DNA of 64,000 nt from Laetmonice hystrix (Eukaryota), in NCBI GenBank assembly GCA_965235115.1, contig OZ249439.1:21948001-22012000 (forward strand), written 5' to 3'. The notes beneath the pieces are model-generated. The model had not been told where the DNA came from, did not search any database, and saw only the letters and a program-made list of their open reading frames with translations. Shown here piece by piece: positions 1-12,266 of the stretch. The translations under genes were made by a program, and so were the position numbers. Position 1 is the stretch's first letter; every line of letters starts with the position of its first letter.

Positions 1-193
1 TACAAATCTAGCAGTTTGTAAGGGCCTCCCCGCTCCCACCGTTTGTGTGCGGCACCGCCATAAAGAACGTTCTTTCACCACAGAGAACTAATTAAGGCTA
101 TATAAATTGGTTGTAATAACACAAGTTATGTTTTGAAACGTACCCCCAGGGAAAGGAATATAACAAAACTTGTTTTCCTTTTCAATCTAGTTT

Positions 194-199
194 TTTAAT
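194..199 (-). terminator. Candidate COMMD6 poly(A) signal ATTAAA
   Basis: ATTAAA on the minus strand ~180 nt past the stop; a variant hexamer only. Confidence 0.3.
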
Positions 200-381
200 T
201 TCTTGCTCTCTACAGGCTACAGATTATTTGCAATGACTCCACTATTTACATTTTCACATTCCATTCTGAGGTGGATCCAGGTGTCGAGGGCTTCTACCAC
301 GCCCTACACAACTCTCTGATCCACCCATGACATAATTAATGTCAACGTCTAGGCCTACTGACTGTCAATCATAGGTCCAAG

Positions 382-3287
382 TTAAACTGTTTCTAGAACT
401 GTTGCCATGTCTTTAAACTGTTGAGAGAAATTCTGAAAAGAAAGGAAAGGAAAAATGTACTGAGTATTGCAATATATTTCATTTGAATCCCAAGACACAA
501 CACATAAACTAGATTGTTAATTGCATTCAATGAACCAAGAAAGACATCAGGTGAAAAAGCAAATCAATAAGCAACAAAACAGTCTAATAGAAGTTAAAAA
601 ATATGTGAAGAAAAGAACGTTTTGAAAGTATAATTTTATTGCAAATAAGAGGACTGAATATCTGGACCAACCTCTGCCTCAGAGAAATTTACCACATAGA
701 TATAGAAAACTTATGAGAGGCTAATTGTCTTTCTTCTTCCTGTCACTCTAACATTTAGTAAAATGAAATTTTCACAAATGCTCCTCTGACTAGTAAAAAT
801 ACAGGAAAAAGAATAATATTTGGTCACAAACCTGGAATTCTGGTACAGACATCTCAAAGGACTTTGTGGTCACTTTACCAGAAGCATCACTGACTTTAAG
901 CACCATGGTAACAAATATAGAATTTAGGTTACGACACTGGTTTGAACTGGTGGCCATGCCAAGCTTCCACTGAATATCCACCAGGTGTCCTACACTAAGC
1001 AGCTCTTCTGTAGCGAAGGAATTAGTTAACTGTGAACCCTTGAAAGTAAAAGAAATGTTAAGCCACTTCAGTTCAAGTCATTCCATACATAGAACTACAA
1101 CAGTACGTTTTCTGAACCATTTGTCATCCAAAGTTAAGATTTCTTTCTCTCTTTTCTGAACATTGACAATACACGCATGTATTAGTTTATAAGGCTATAA
1201 GTCATAAATCGACTCCCCCTCCCCAAAGGCAAGATGGAAATGACCTTTAGACGATGATTTCAGTTCAGACTCTACGGAAAAGTGACTAAAATGCTATACC
1301 TGCTGCTTGAAGCTGCTGACTAGAATGCTGACAACACCCTCTGTCCACAGTGATGTTCCCTTCAGCTGTCTCTGTAAACTGTCTGCGGTAAGACACCTTT
1401 TGGCAGCGGTACTGTGTATCAGACACATTAAAAGTTAGTTAGATGATTCAGGGGAATGTCTTGGAAAAAGGTAACCGATGTGCCAGATATTTTGTGGAGA
1501 GGTTTCCTGAAATATATTAGAACCAGAAATTGTGAAAATCAGACAATTTCATGAAGTTATACTTCTAGATGGTAAGCTTCTTTAAATCTCCATGCAAATG
1601 ACCGAACTTTCTGGAGACACCTATTCCTATGAACAGAAAATTAGGAAACCAGTTAAATTAGAAAGCAAACATTTATTTTCTAAATATTGATGCACATATC
1701 TATGGGGAACACTGATCAGCTAAAACCAAACGATTATTTTAGATTCAATCAAAGACCAAACCTGAAGATATAGCTCAGACAATTGACAGCAGTTTGTAGG
1801 TCAGCCTCTGTGCCACCAAGTTCTGTCAAGTTGTAGTTCTGGAATGAAGAGAAAAGCAATGATGATTGTTTATAAAGGATTATTCAGTTTTAAAATAAGC
1901 CTGTATGAATCCTCAAAAAGTTCTGCATCGAAATAAGAATACACTTTATATTCAATATGATCAAAATCTTTTGAACACAGGAATTTACTTCCTATCTCTA
2001 ATAGACCTAAGAGTATCTCATCCCAAGAAAATACCACTACAGGTAATGGCCTCTCTAGCCCCATCTTTTCACATGATAATCATACAATGATATTATATGA
2101 CTCACTTCGAGTAGATTGGCAGTGTTGGCTTTACCCTTCTTGTACTGGAGGAAGAGCATCACGTCTTGACACTGCAGAAAGATACACATACAAATAGATC
2201 AATCTCTATACTGTTAACCTGACTACTGGAATTCTAACGTTGAAACACTGCAAAATTCCCCTGGGTCCTTCCCTCTGTAACTAGGCGCAAAATAATCAAC
2301 AAAAATTGACTAGCAAAATAAAAGTTTGATTCGCAGATAGTACTGATTATACTGAACATTTTTGGAAAATGATTAGCAAAATGCAACAGTTGTATAGCAA
2401 TTTCCTATGCGAAACAGGTTATTTTGCTGCTTGTGTAATATCCCAAATTTCAACATTCTTGAGAATTATAATAACAAATGTGTATTTGTACCCTTTATAA
2501 ACGTTTTTCCAGGTTAAATTGAAAGGATGCAACTCTTAAATTAAGAAATTACCATTCCTGTGAGGACATCCGATGGTAATTCATTAATGATGCATGCTGC
2601 ACTGCAGAAACCTAAAACATCAAAACTGGATATAAGATTTGAATAAAACTATTGATACAAAACAACTATCAGTACTGGCCATAAACAACAGAGATTTATA
2701 TAGTGTGGCTCAGTTTTCTTTCTAAACAAGATCATATAAGATGTCATGTCTATGGTATGGCTATGCCAATGGCTACCCGGACATCTCCGCCCCTTCCGTT
2801 CTCCGCCCAGTATTCTCCGCCCCGGCACCAACATCTCCGTTCCCCGGCATCAAGAGCCCCGCTCCCCCCCCCCCCCCCCCCCCCCCCCACCAAAAAAAAA
2901 AAATTAGCGGGCTGTGGAACACACCCAGGTTCCAGACATGAGGTGGAAAAGTTAACAGCCCTTTATCTCATCCCAACAAAATCGGGAGGGTTAAGTCAAA
3001 ATTCTCAGTCATAGGATGATAGGCGGCTACAGCAGTACAGGCGTACGGTAACGGAGCAATAATATTATATGATGACTTCCGCGGCGCTGGCCATGCTAAG
3101 CAAGCCGGTGCGGTTGCAGCGGCAGGTGCCCGTGGTGCCTGGCGAGTAGGCCGCTATAGTACGAGGGACGGAGATCATTATGTCGGTGCCGGGGACGATG
3201 GGAGGAGGAGACTGCTCTGAATGACACTACACTAACAGTAACAAAAACATACTCACCGTCCGGAGCATCTCGCAGGACGTCCGCCAT
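382..3287 (-). CDS. COMMD6: COMM domain-containing protein 6, full length (200 aa, 7 exons)
   Basis: Exons 3257-3287, 2553-2611, 2106-2171, 1762-1838, 1300-1411, 832-1038, 382-432; all GT-AG and phase-consistent, 603 nt total. C-terminal COMM domain LVDIQWKLGMATSSNQCRNLNSIFVTMVLKVSDASGKVTTKSFEMSVPEFQNFSQQFKDMATVLETV* closely matches, from recall, human COMMD6 (LVDFQWKLGMAVSS...CFEMTIPQFQNFYRQFKEIAAVIETV). Confidence 0.93.
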
Positions 3288-3386
3288 TTTGAACCAGATA
3301 CGGATCATGTGACCATACAGTACTACGCCCTCTGCTGGAATTTTGGGAAACCCTCATCCCCCTGGTGGAAACTGTGGCCACACCGT
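3288..3386. promoter_or_regulatory. Bidirectional promoter COMMD6/DHRSX
   Basis: 99 bp between divergent ATGs; YY1-type AAAATGGCGG overlapping the COMMD6 ATG (3281-3290); E-box TCATGTGAC at 3305-3313. Confidence 0.75.
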
Positions 3387-6194
3387 ATGATTATGAACAA
3401 CTCATTGTGGACAGGTGTCCTAGATATTTATTATTATATCTTGAATATCATCAAGATATATTTCAGTTCTATTCCATGTCTTCTGTCTCAAGGTTTCTGC
3501 AAGTTGAAGCAACCAAGAGGTAACAAGGCTTACTGTCAGACACGGAGTCTATCTATCTCTAACAACAGTAACACAGTACAGGCGGTGTCTTTGGACGGGC
3601 GATAATAAAAGGAAGAAACATTATAATAACTTTGAAAGTCGTTTTATGACACAGTAATCAGTATAGATCTAACATTTTTAAAGGCAGATAAGATCTAGAG
3701 ATAATATTAGTCATAGATCAGCCTTCTGTGTCCTTAGAATCTGTTTGCTGAAGATTTCAACAAAGAGGCCTGACTTGTTTAATGTTAGTTTTGATCAGTA
3801 AACTTGCATATTATGCAAGTTCCATTTTTAAAAAAAGTTCAGTGCTTTGGTTATATTTTAATCATTAATAATCTTCACTTTGCTGCAATGGATGTATTTC
3901 TACCAAGAAATAGTTAACTAGCTGTAGACTATCCTGTAGGAGGGGTTGTTTTTAATCCTACTTCAGTTTAGTATCCCCCCATTAAATTATACAAATTTAG
4001 TCTGGCCTCATGGCTATAAATAATCATCATTCAAGATATTTCAAACATTGTTTTTGTTTTTAGGGATAGATGATCAAGTTGGTGGAGAAAGAGTTGCCAT
4101 TGTGACCGGAGGAGCGAAAGGCATAGGATTTGAAATCAGCAGGCACTTGGCTAAGATTGGACTCCATGTCATCATGGGTAACCCTCTCGTGGAATGACTC
4201 AATTGTCACAGCAGGATTTAATTATCATTGTATTTCGGACAAGCAGTATGATGTTCTCTGGATAGAGATATAGTAATCTACATATACTAATTTTCCAATA
4301 ATATAGTTGTTCCGAAGAAAATATATTAAATTTGAAATACCCATTCATGTTCTCCAGGGGTGCGGGAAAATAGTCTAGGTATAGAGGCTATCCATAAAAT
4401 TAAAACTGAATTTCCTAAGGCAAAAGGTAAGTTCACGGGTTATTTTGCTTTATTGACCAAAGATTATGAGTTCTAATATTTTTGCTATCACAGGGCTGAA
4501 AAAAATATGTATTTGGCGATAGAAATTATACTGTCGGCAAATAAACTAATAATGTCTGATGAGGCTGGATGAATCTGGTGGAGAGTAGATTTAAGTGACG
4601 AGGCACAGACTGGCTCCGAGGTCAATGGTCAATGATATGGTAATTTAGATGTAGACCTTTCTTCGCTGCTTACTTCTACTTGATAAGAGGGAATGGTCTT
4701 CTGGTCATCATTTTGTTGAAAAGCACATTGTTTCAGTTGAAGCTGAGGTGATGGATTTGCGGTCCATGAAGTCGGTCAGACATTTTGTTAACAATTTCAA
4801 GTCCAGAAATCTGCCTCTACACATTCTTATCAATAATGGTAAGTGAAATATATTTCTTTAATGTAGATTAAAGAGAGTTAATAATCACCAAACAAACACT
4901 TTTTAGGAACAATCATGTACTTCACTCACTGGCTCATCTCTCAAAAGTCATGTGTCATGCAAAATGTTAGGTTTACATGTGCAATTTGGCAGATGGAAAC
5001 ATTTCTTGGTATTGAGACACAAGGTTGGGCATACTTGTTATTTTTGATTTTGCATCCCATTTTAGCTGGAGTGATGTTGGTTCCAAGGACCATCACTGAG
5101 GATGGCTATGAGGAACACTTCCAGGTCAACTACCTGGGTCACTTCCTGCTGACACGTCTCTTACTGGAAAAGTTGAAGGAAAGTGGAAGTGTAAACCGAC
5201 ACAGCCGCATCGTTAACATGTCTTCATATGTCCACTATGTGGCATCCATCGATATGAATGCTATAAATGGCAGGTAAAGAGAACTCAAAGTTTGCATATG
5301 AAGTGCTTGGTTTATAACCTTTCATAGAACCTGTTTCTGATAATGATCATTATATCCTGGGGCACCACTGTTTTATCATAGGTCAACATTGGCTTGGATG
5401 TTGCATGGGTCTGCTAAATGGTTTACTCTGGACAGCAAAAGTGAGGAAAGCGTAGAGTGAGGACTGCTATAATTTTCAAGTATGCTGGGAATATATTGTC
5501 TTGGTCTCTGTGCAGAAGAATCTTCTCTCCACATGGAGCGTATACACAGTCCAAGCTGGCACTGCACCTGTTTACCCGCTGTCTTCAGCGCCATCTGTTA
5601 TTGGACATGGCCCCAGTAATGGTGAACAGTGTCCATCCAGGAGTCGTTGACACAGATCTATTTGAACATGTAAACAAACTCGTGAAATTCCTCTCTATAC
5701 CTCTCAAACCAGTCTACAAGGTAAGCAAGTTAAGACACCCCCTCAGACGTAACATGAACCAAAATCATTTTTACAGTGCTTCATGATATATATTTAAATA
5801 GGAAGGTCATTTGAAGTTACTGCTAACCTAAGTGAATAATCATCTTCAATACCTTCATCTTTTGAAATATGTATTCCTCTTAAAAACTTCTTTTCATAGT
5901 TTTTAGTGCTTTTACTTTTAAAGAGTAATTGCTTTCTGCCCACGTAATCTGTCAGTGATAACCAGTGGAGTATTGATGTTGCAGACAGCCCGACAAGGTG
6001 CCCTCACACCTCTCTATGTGGCACTGTCTCCTGTACTGGAAGGATGTGGAGGTCGTTACTACGATAACTGTGAGGAAATCACTTCCAGTAACACATCAGA
6101 CTGTCACCTTTTACAGGACCAACTCTGGCACCTCACTGATAAAATGTGTGGACTAAACAATACACAGAACCTTTGCCGTCCAATACATAAGTAG
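3387..6194 (+). CDS. DHRSX: DHRSX-like short-chain dehydrogenase/reductase (polyprenol dehydrogenase-like), ~346 aa, 7 exons
   Basis: Exons 3387-3519 (start ATG 3387 or 3393), 4064-4177, 4358-4426, 4737-4838, 5066-5273, 5516-5720, 5985-6194; GT-AG, in phase, 1041 nt. SDR motifs TGGAKGIG, NNAG, YTQSK. GVMLVP, ESGS...SRIVNMSSYVHY and SPHGAYTQSKLAL favour DHRSX over RDH11-14 (recalled alignment, not a search). Confidence 0.85.
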
Positions 6195-6377
6195 GGGGGC
6201 ATCTTCTTTTATCTCCCCCCCCCCCCCCCCCCCAGATGTCAGGAACATCCGTGAGGTCAAAAGTGGATCAAGTAACAAGGGCTGAAAGTTGCTTCAGGCT
6301 ATGTGATGGCCACAGATATGCAATACAGACGTTTCCTATTGAAAATGTGCATGTACCAACAGATTTGTGATAATAGT

Positions 6378-6383
6378 AATAAA
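6378..6383 (+). terminator. Candidate DHRSX poly(A) signal AATAAA
   Basis: First AATAAA ~185 nt after the stop codon, followed by T/GT-rich sequence. Confidence 0.55.
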
Positions 6384-9300
6384 CATATTTTGTACTATAT
6401 CACGATTTATCTTTTTTTCTTATCTTGCTAAGACATTGTCCCATCAATTGTATACATGGAATTTCTGAAAGTCTGTAGCATTTGGGATTGGCAAAATCCG
6501 AAAGAAATCGTTGAAATTCCGTTTAAAATATGTAAAATATGGACGAGTAGTTTGAAGACCATATTGTACGCGAGAGTTGCCTCCAAGAAAGGCCCCCTTG
6601 TGAAAAGCCAACTTTGAACGCACAGCAAGAGACACAAACATAGATATAAAATTCCATTAATAAAAACACAACAAAGCAGACCAAGCCATCATATGAAAAT
6701 TCACACATTTCGTGTTATTTATTGGTGGACATTGAGAGTTGTCATATTGCATCATCTGTCCTATCTTTTCTACATGTGACGTTATACAATAAACTGCACA
6801 GAAGTAAGCGAATGGTCACAAATACAGCTCAGCCACAGTCTGCATACAAGGGGATTTGGCCAAGTCCTGCTTGAGAACATACTTGGCATAGGAGATAATT
6901 TTTTATTTATTTTTTTTTTCATAATTGGGGTTTGGGCTAGGACAGGGGTTGAAGAAAGCGTCTTTAATTCGGGTGTACTAACCTTGACATAATTTTTTAT
7001 AGCATGGCCTTGATGCGTCACTTACTCAAGTAACGCTTACACCATCTCCATGGCATCACTGGCGATGCCGGTTAATATACTACATACTCACACTCCATCA
7101 TTGCATGATCAACTTGTGTAGCAAAATATCTGCTCATGTCGTCGACATGTATCCCTTGACAATCTCTTGTCTTCCAATTCTCCCAAGAAATACACATCTG
7201 TTGGTTTTGGGGGTTTTCTTAGTTTCCCCCCCTCTCTGTTTGGCCTCAGCAGTGTGATTCGTGTTACGAACTTCACTCCTACCAAAGACCATGCCTACAC
7301 TGTAGGCATGTAGATCGCTACAGAAAATATTTTACTTTCATTTGTAGACATTTAGTCTGCCGGCATATCTACGTATGTGTGCAATATGCATGTTTGTCAT
7401 ACATATGGGCATGTGCACAATAAAATGCACTCCTTGTAACGGAACACATTTCATTCTCAAACTAAATTGCAACTCCTGGCAGTTGATAACCGAATATCAG
7501 AGCAGTACCTCATTATACAATTATTCTTACAAATAGCAGGATACAAGTATAATTCCTTTACAAGGTAATTTCTCTTGTGTTTCAAAACTTTGCAGTAATA
7601 CATATATATATAAATATTTATTTTTATGGTTGACAACTAGCTTCTGCCAGTTGTAACTGGCAAAGACTTAAACTGAACGAGGGCCAGCCGAAACCGGTCA
7701 AAACCAGTTTGATTTGGATGAGACCAGTCTGGAGCTTCAGATGTCATCTCAGAGGCAGTTTTACTTTACAATGCATCATCCCAACATTTGCATACATTTA
7801 ATACCATAAACAGTTATCCAACACAAACGCTGCACGTGACACCATAGATTAATTATTACCTAGAACTACCACAGAAACAGTTTTGGTATTTGAGAACGAC
7901 GCGATTTGTACTGTACAGCAACGTGGGCCATTATTCATAGGACGTGAAGGCATGGAATGCAAAGGGGCCTACTTCTCTCCATAAACAACAGTTGTTCAAT
8001 CCTTTATGTGGTCAATGGGAAACATTCACAAACTGCAGGTGGACAACGCATTGAAAACAAATTCACCAAAACAATGTAACATTGGTTTTGTGACGTCACC
8101 CTAATGCTGACTCGCGGAAGTTTTCTTCGATCAATAGTACACATTTAGACATTTGTCGCAGTGTTTCACCTTTGCAACTCCCCCATCCACAGGACGGATA
8201 AAGTGAATTGCGTTTAACTCTCCATCGTACACCACACTGCTACTGTTGGTCAGACAAGTTTCCAGTCAACACGGTGTTTAATGTTGTCAGATATCATTAA
8301 CCAAACGTGGATCGAAAAATGTATTCTTACTACATGTATATGAAATGCTGAATTTTAAATACTGGCAATTCTGAGCTGAGCTGACATCCCGTCTGAATCC
8401 CAGGATATCGAAACCTTTAGTTGGCAATCAACACTAGGCTAACTGTCTTTGTATCTCCCGTAATTTCTTTCCCTGGGAGCCATTGTTGACATGCAACATT
8501 GAACCTGTAGCTGCACAATTACCAATGACACCTGTTTAGGCAGCAATATTTATAAGAGACTACAATACTTATTGATATGAATATTCACGCCCGTTTCCCA
8601 TACCGACGGCCCAAACTGCTTAACCCTGCTTCCCACTCGTCCAGTTCGTCAAGTTATTATATAGATATATATATATATATATAAGATATATATACATATG
8701 CATATAAATAACCTTGGCATTTTGTAACCAACTCTTTCTTTCAGTCAACCGATACCTCCTCAAACATGTCTATCATCATTTCCTATTAAATAATATATCT
8801 TTCAATTGCCTACCCGACCCGTTTCAATCTGCTGGTCTCTGGTTGAAACCACGTATGCCCGTCCCAGCTCGACGGGACCACCATTATAAACGTGAACCCT
8901 GTACGTACGAATGACTTGAGTCCCAATATCTGAGCAGGAGAACACCTCCGTCAGCCAACCCTCAACCCTCTGACAAGGGGCCGTTCGGGTCACATGTACA
9001 CAGGTGATTAATCATATACGATGCATTTCTCTGTTAAGCAGTCAGAAATTACCTTTAACATAATTTCAGGGGGAGAGATCTGGTCCTTATGAACAACTTT
9101 GGAACATTATTACTGTATGTGCTGGTAATAGCAGAACTAAGCAGAATACATCCAGTTTACGATGCCCAGCTACCATTCTCTATTGCTGCTGAATCCACAA
9201 AAGCTTGGGTGCCTGGCTACCCTACCCTACCCTGAAATCCGTCATGCTACTGCCCATCGTAGGGCTTAACTCTAGTACATTGGGTTTTATATGCTCCTAC

Positions 9301-10822
9301 TTGCGTGTTATAATATAAAACATGCGCAAAAAGAGTATCACTTCACGGGCAGACCTGGATTTAAGTGAAACCACTGGGGTTTGTTTTCTTTGCTCCGAAT
9401 CGCCCGGACTAAACATTACAAAGGAGGGTTTGCAGCATATGGCTCCATTTGTAGCATCTAGCTGGGCAAGGATATTCTGAACGGTTGAACACGCCTTGTG
9501 GAATGGCACTGATCAAGTATGGAATGGGTAAGCAACGTGGGATGTGTGCCTGACTATCTGCAGTTGGTATACCATAGGGTTCAAAAATACAGGCAGCTTT
9601 GGTTATCACTGCAACGACATAAAGCATTGTTATATATAATACATATACACACATATATAATTTATGTACACAAAATCATAAAACGCACAAATCAAAGGGG
9701 CGTTAAACGATAACTACGTCGGTGTTTATGTGCCCGAGTGTGTGACACAATGGTTTTGAGAAAGAAGTTAAGTAAATCGACGTTGTGAACGATTTCATTG
9801 TGTGCTACATTAAAAGTACCCTTCCTACGGTCTAAGTCTCTCACAAATCTCTTTGGACGCAGTCATGGAGGGTCTCTCTTGTCTTTGAACATCTTACTAA
9901 TCCCCCCCCCCGTTTCGGGGCCACTTGCCGTAACTTGACGTGAAACAATAGCGTTAAGCAGTGAAGGTAATAATATATAGTTGCACAGTATGTATAATAT
10001 CTACATGAAGTCAGTGAGAGAGAGCACCTAGGTATTTTCCATCAATATTTGGAGCTTTGGCAAAGAACGGGACTGTTGCCTGCATGACGTCGCTGGGACA
10101 AGAACAAAATGTTGCCACCTCAAATTTCGCACGACAGACGCCAGTAAGTTTTGCATTGGCGCTCGGGTTCCCGGATGTACAAACCGTACCAGTAACTCCC
10201 CCCTCCCACCCCCTACAATAAGTTGATGCTAACTCACAACGCACCATGGAAGTCGGACAGTTTCAAAGTTGTCCACTAAACGTCAGGGACCAAAACGACT
10301 GCCTACCTTCTGGCTGAAACGATTGTACATCCGAGTTTGACCACCCTTGGTTTCCACTACTAACACACCTCACAGTACCGTCCAAGCCCCCCCCCCCCCC
10401 CCGACTTAGAAATGTTTGCACTTCAAAGAAAAAGTCAGAAACTTTGGAGATCAGGCTAGCTTATGCAGACCAAAGCATTCTCACCACCCCAAACCCATCA
10501 CCAGACAGTCCCAAATTACGATGGGCCACCTCGTGGTGGTAGTGTGCTCCAACTTTCTAATGCTCACAGATCAAACACATCTATTACCGGAGACTGTCTG
10601 TCAATGCGCATGATTCAGGCGTATTCCGACAACAGAACACAATAGTACAAATGTTCTGAGCTTCAATGAGCTGACGTGACGTCATGTGACGTTTCCTGGT
10701 GGCCACAGTCCCACATTGGCAACTTGTTGTTTGGTGGCACTCCTGGCGATGCTCTACCCCGAAACAGTTTCACTGTCGCGAGTTTGGACTGCACACACTT
10801 AATATTAAAAAGAAAGTGGCGG

Positions 10823-10968
10823 CAGAGCCGTAGCCAGCCCACAAAATCAGAGGAGGCACCCGAAGTGCCAATTCGGGAGGGGGTGGCATGCCCCCCGGAA
10901 AATTCCCGCCTCTCAGCCTTAACTGGCCCAGAATCAGCCTCCTCTGCCTCAGCCTGGCTACGGCCCTG
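10823..10968. mobile_element. Short MITE-like element (~146 bp)
   Basis: 15-bp terminal inverted repeats CAGAGCCGTAGCCAG / CTGGCTACGGCCCTG (1 mismatch); non-coding interior; no clear TSD beyond GG. Confidence 0.55.
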
Positions 10969-11491
10969 GGCAGTCTAAAAAAAACGAGTAAACAATGATA
11001 ATTTCCAAGGCAGCAATTTAGAATCCAGGCTCCTGTCTTCAAATTCTCACTAGTCTTGATATTTGGCCACTGAATCTTTGCTGTAAACAGTCTGCACTGT
11101 TGACACATGGTCTGTTTCAGATAAAAATATGAGAACCTGAACTAATTAAAATGCTTGTTCACGTTGATATGACAAGATATGCTCAGCTTTCATTTCTTAT
11201 TGCATTCATTCCTTACGGCAAGCAGTCTTGACATCGTTCAGCCTGGTACCAGAGTTTCCTGGACTCCTGGAATGTTTACAAACATGTGTATACATTTATA
11301 TATATCGTGGATACATATACCAAAGCTGCCTTCCTTTAGAATAATCTGGGGAAAACGTTGACCCTTTTCTCATGGATGGTCTACAATACTTGATGAAGTA
11401 CAACTTCGCTACAATTTCCATTTCTATCCACACAAAGTCATCAGCATGACCATCGGATATTCCTGAATCATTTCACTGCTCAATCCAACAT

Positions 11492-11682
11492 CCAATTAAA
11501 CTCCAAGTCTCAATCCTTATCCAATTGTAACTCTTACGAAACCAGCCAATCAAGTTGAGCACACAGCCCTCAAACAACCAATCATGGTGAGCATAGTCTC
11601 CTACAACCAATCATAGTGGTCTTACTTCAGCATTTCAGATCCAATCACTTCGCTTCTTCTTTGCAAAGAATGGCGGGTAAAT
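11492..11682 (+). promoter_or_regulatory. CCAAT-box cluster, promoter-like
   Basis: CCAAT at 11492, 11521, 11546, 11578, 11607 and 11641 (last four are CCAATCA, 29-34 bp apart), then AGAATGGCGG followed by GTAAAT. Confidence 0.5.
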
Positions 11683-12260
11683 GTAGATTTAAATATACAA
11701 TAGTTAAATTATTTCCTTCTCATAACTTTACAACTGCAAACCTTCTAGCTCGTGATGTGTTAGGCCAGGCTTGTGTTTTCCTTGCCATTTGTCAGCGACC
11801 ACAATCAGTGATCCTTGCAGGGATTACCAATCAGTCGCGATAATTTTGGTCAGCGACATAAAGTCTCCTGCAACACCTTGAGCTTGACCAGCGATCAGAT
11901 CGCATTTTTTGAGCAAGACCAACAGAGTCGCAAACAGATGACAAGGGTGACATAAGCTTGCGTCTTGGCAACATGTTTCAGGGAGTGAGTTTCACCATGT
12001 AAGTGACACCAGTTGAATGATGAAGCGACCCCACCAAGGTGTCTTCAATCAGTTCTCTTGTCAAGGCTCTTCACTGTTTGCACCCATCATCCTTTGACCA
12101 ATAAATACAATAAATACTGTACAAAACATATCGATCCGTCTGGGCTCTCTAAAACCCCTCAGCGACTTTCATGGATGGGTTAGTCCAGACCACCCGAGAC
12201 GGTATCTCCCCTCTTTCACATGGCACATCCTTCCTCCAATCCTGACCGCACAGCTGAAAA

Positions 12261-12266
12261 TTTATT
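12261..12266 (-). terminator. Candidate proximal AFF poly(A) signal AATAAA
   Basis: First minus-strand AATAAA I found downstream of the stop (2.7-kb 3'UTR); distal ones at 7617, 6902 and 6718. Confidence 0.35.

Noticed and set aside
6444-6708. Minus-strand ORFs LAFHKGAFLGG... and VGFSQGGL (esterase/PPT-like nucleophile motif)
   Set aside because: The GFSQGG frame stops 22 codons later, and no coherent upstream exon chain was found; probably chance in T-rich UTR-like sequence.
7092-7197. Exon-like open segment with a GTGAGT donor (minus strand)
   Set aside because: Weak purine-rich acceptor, no recognisable protein, and no compatible partner exons.
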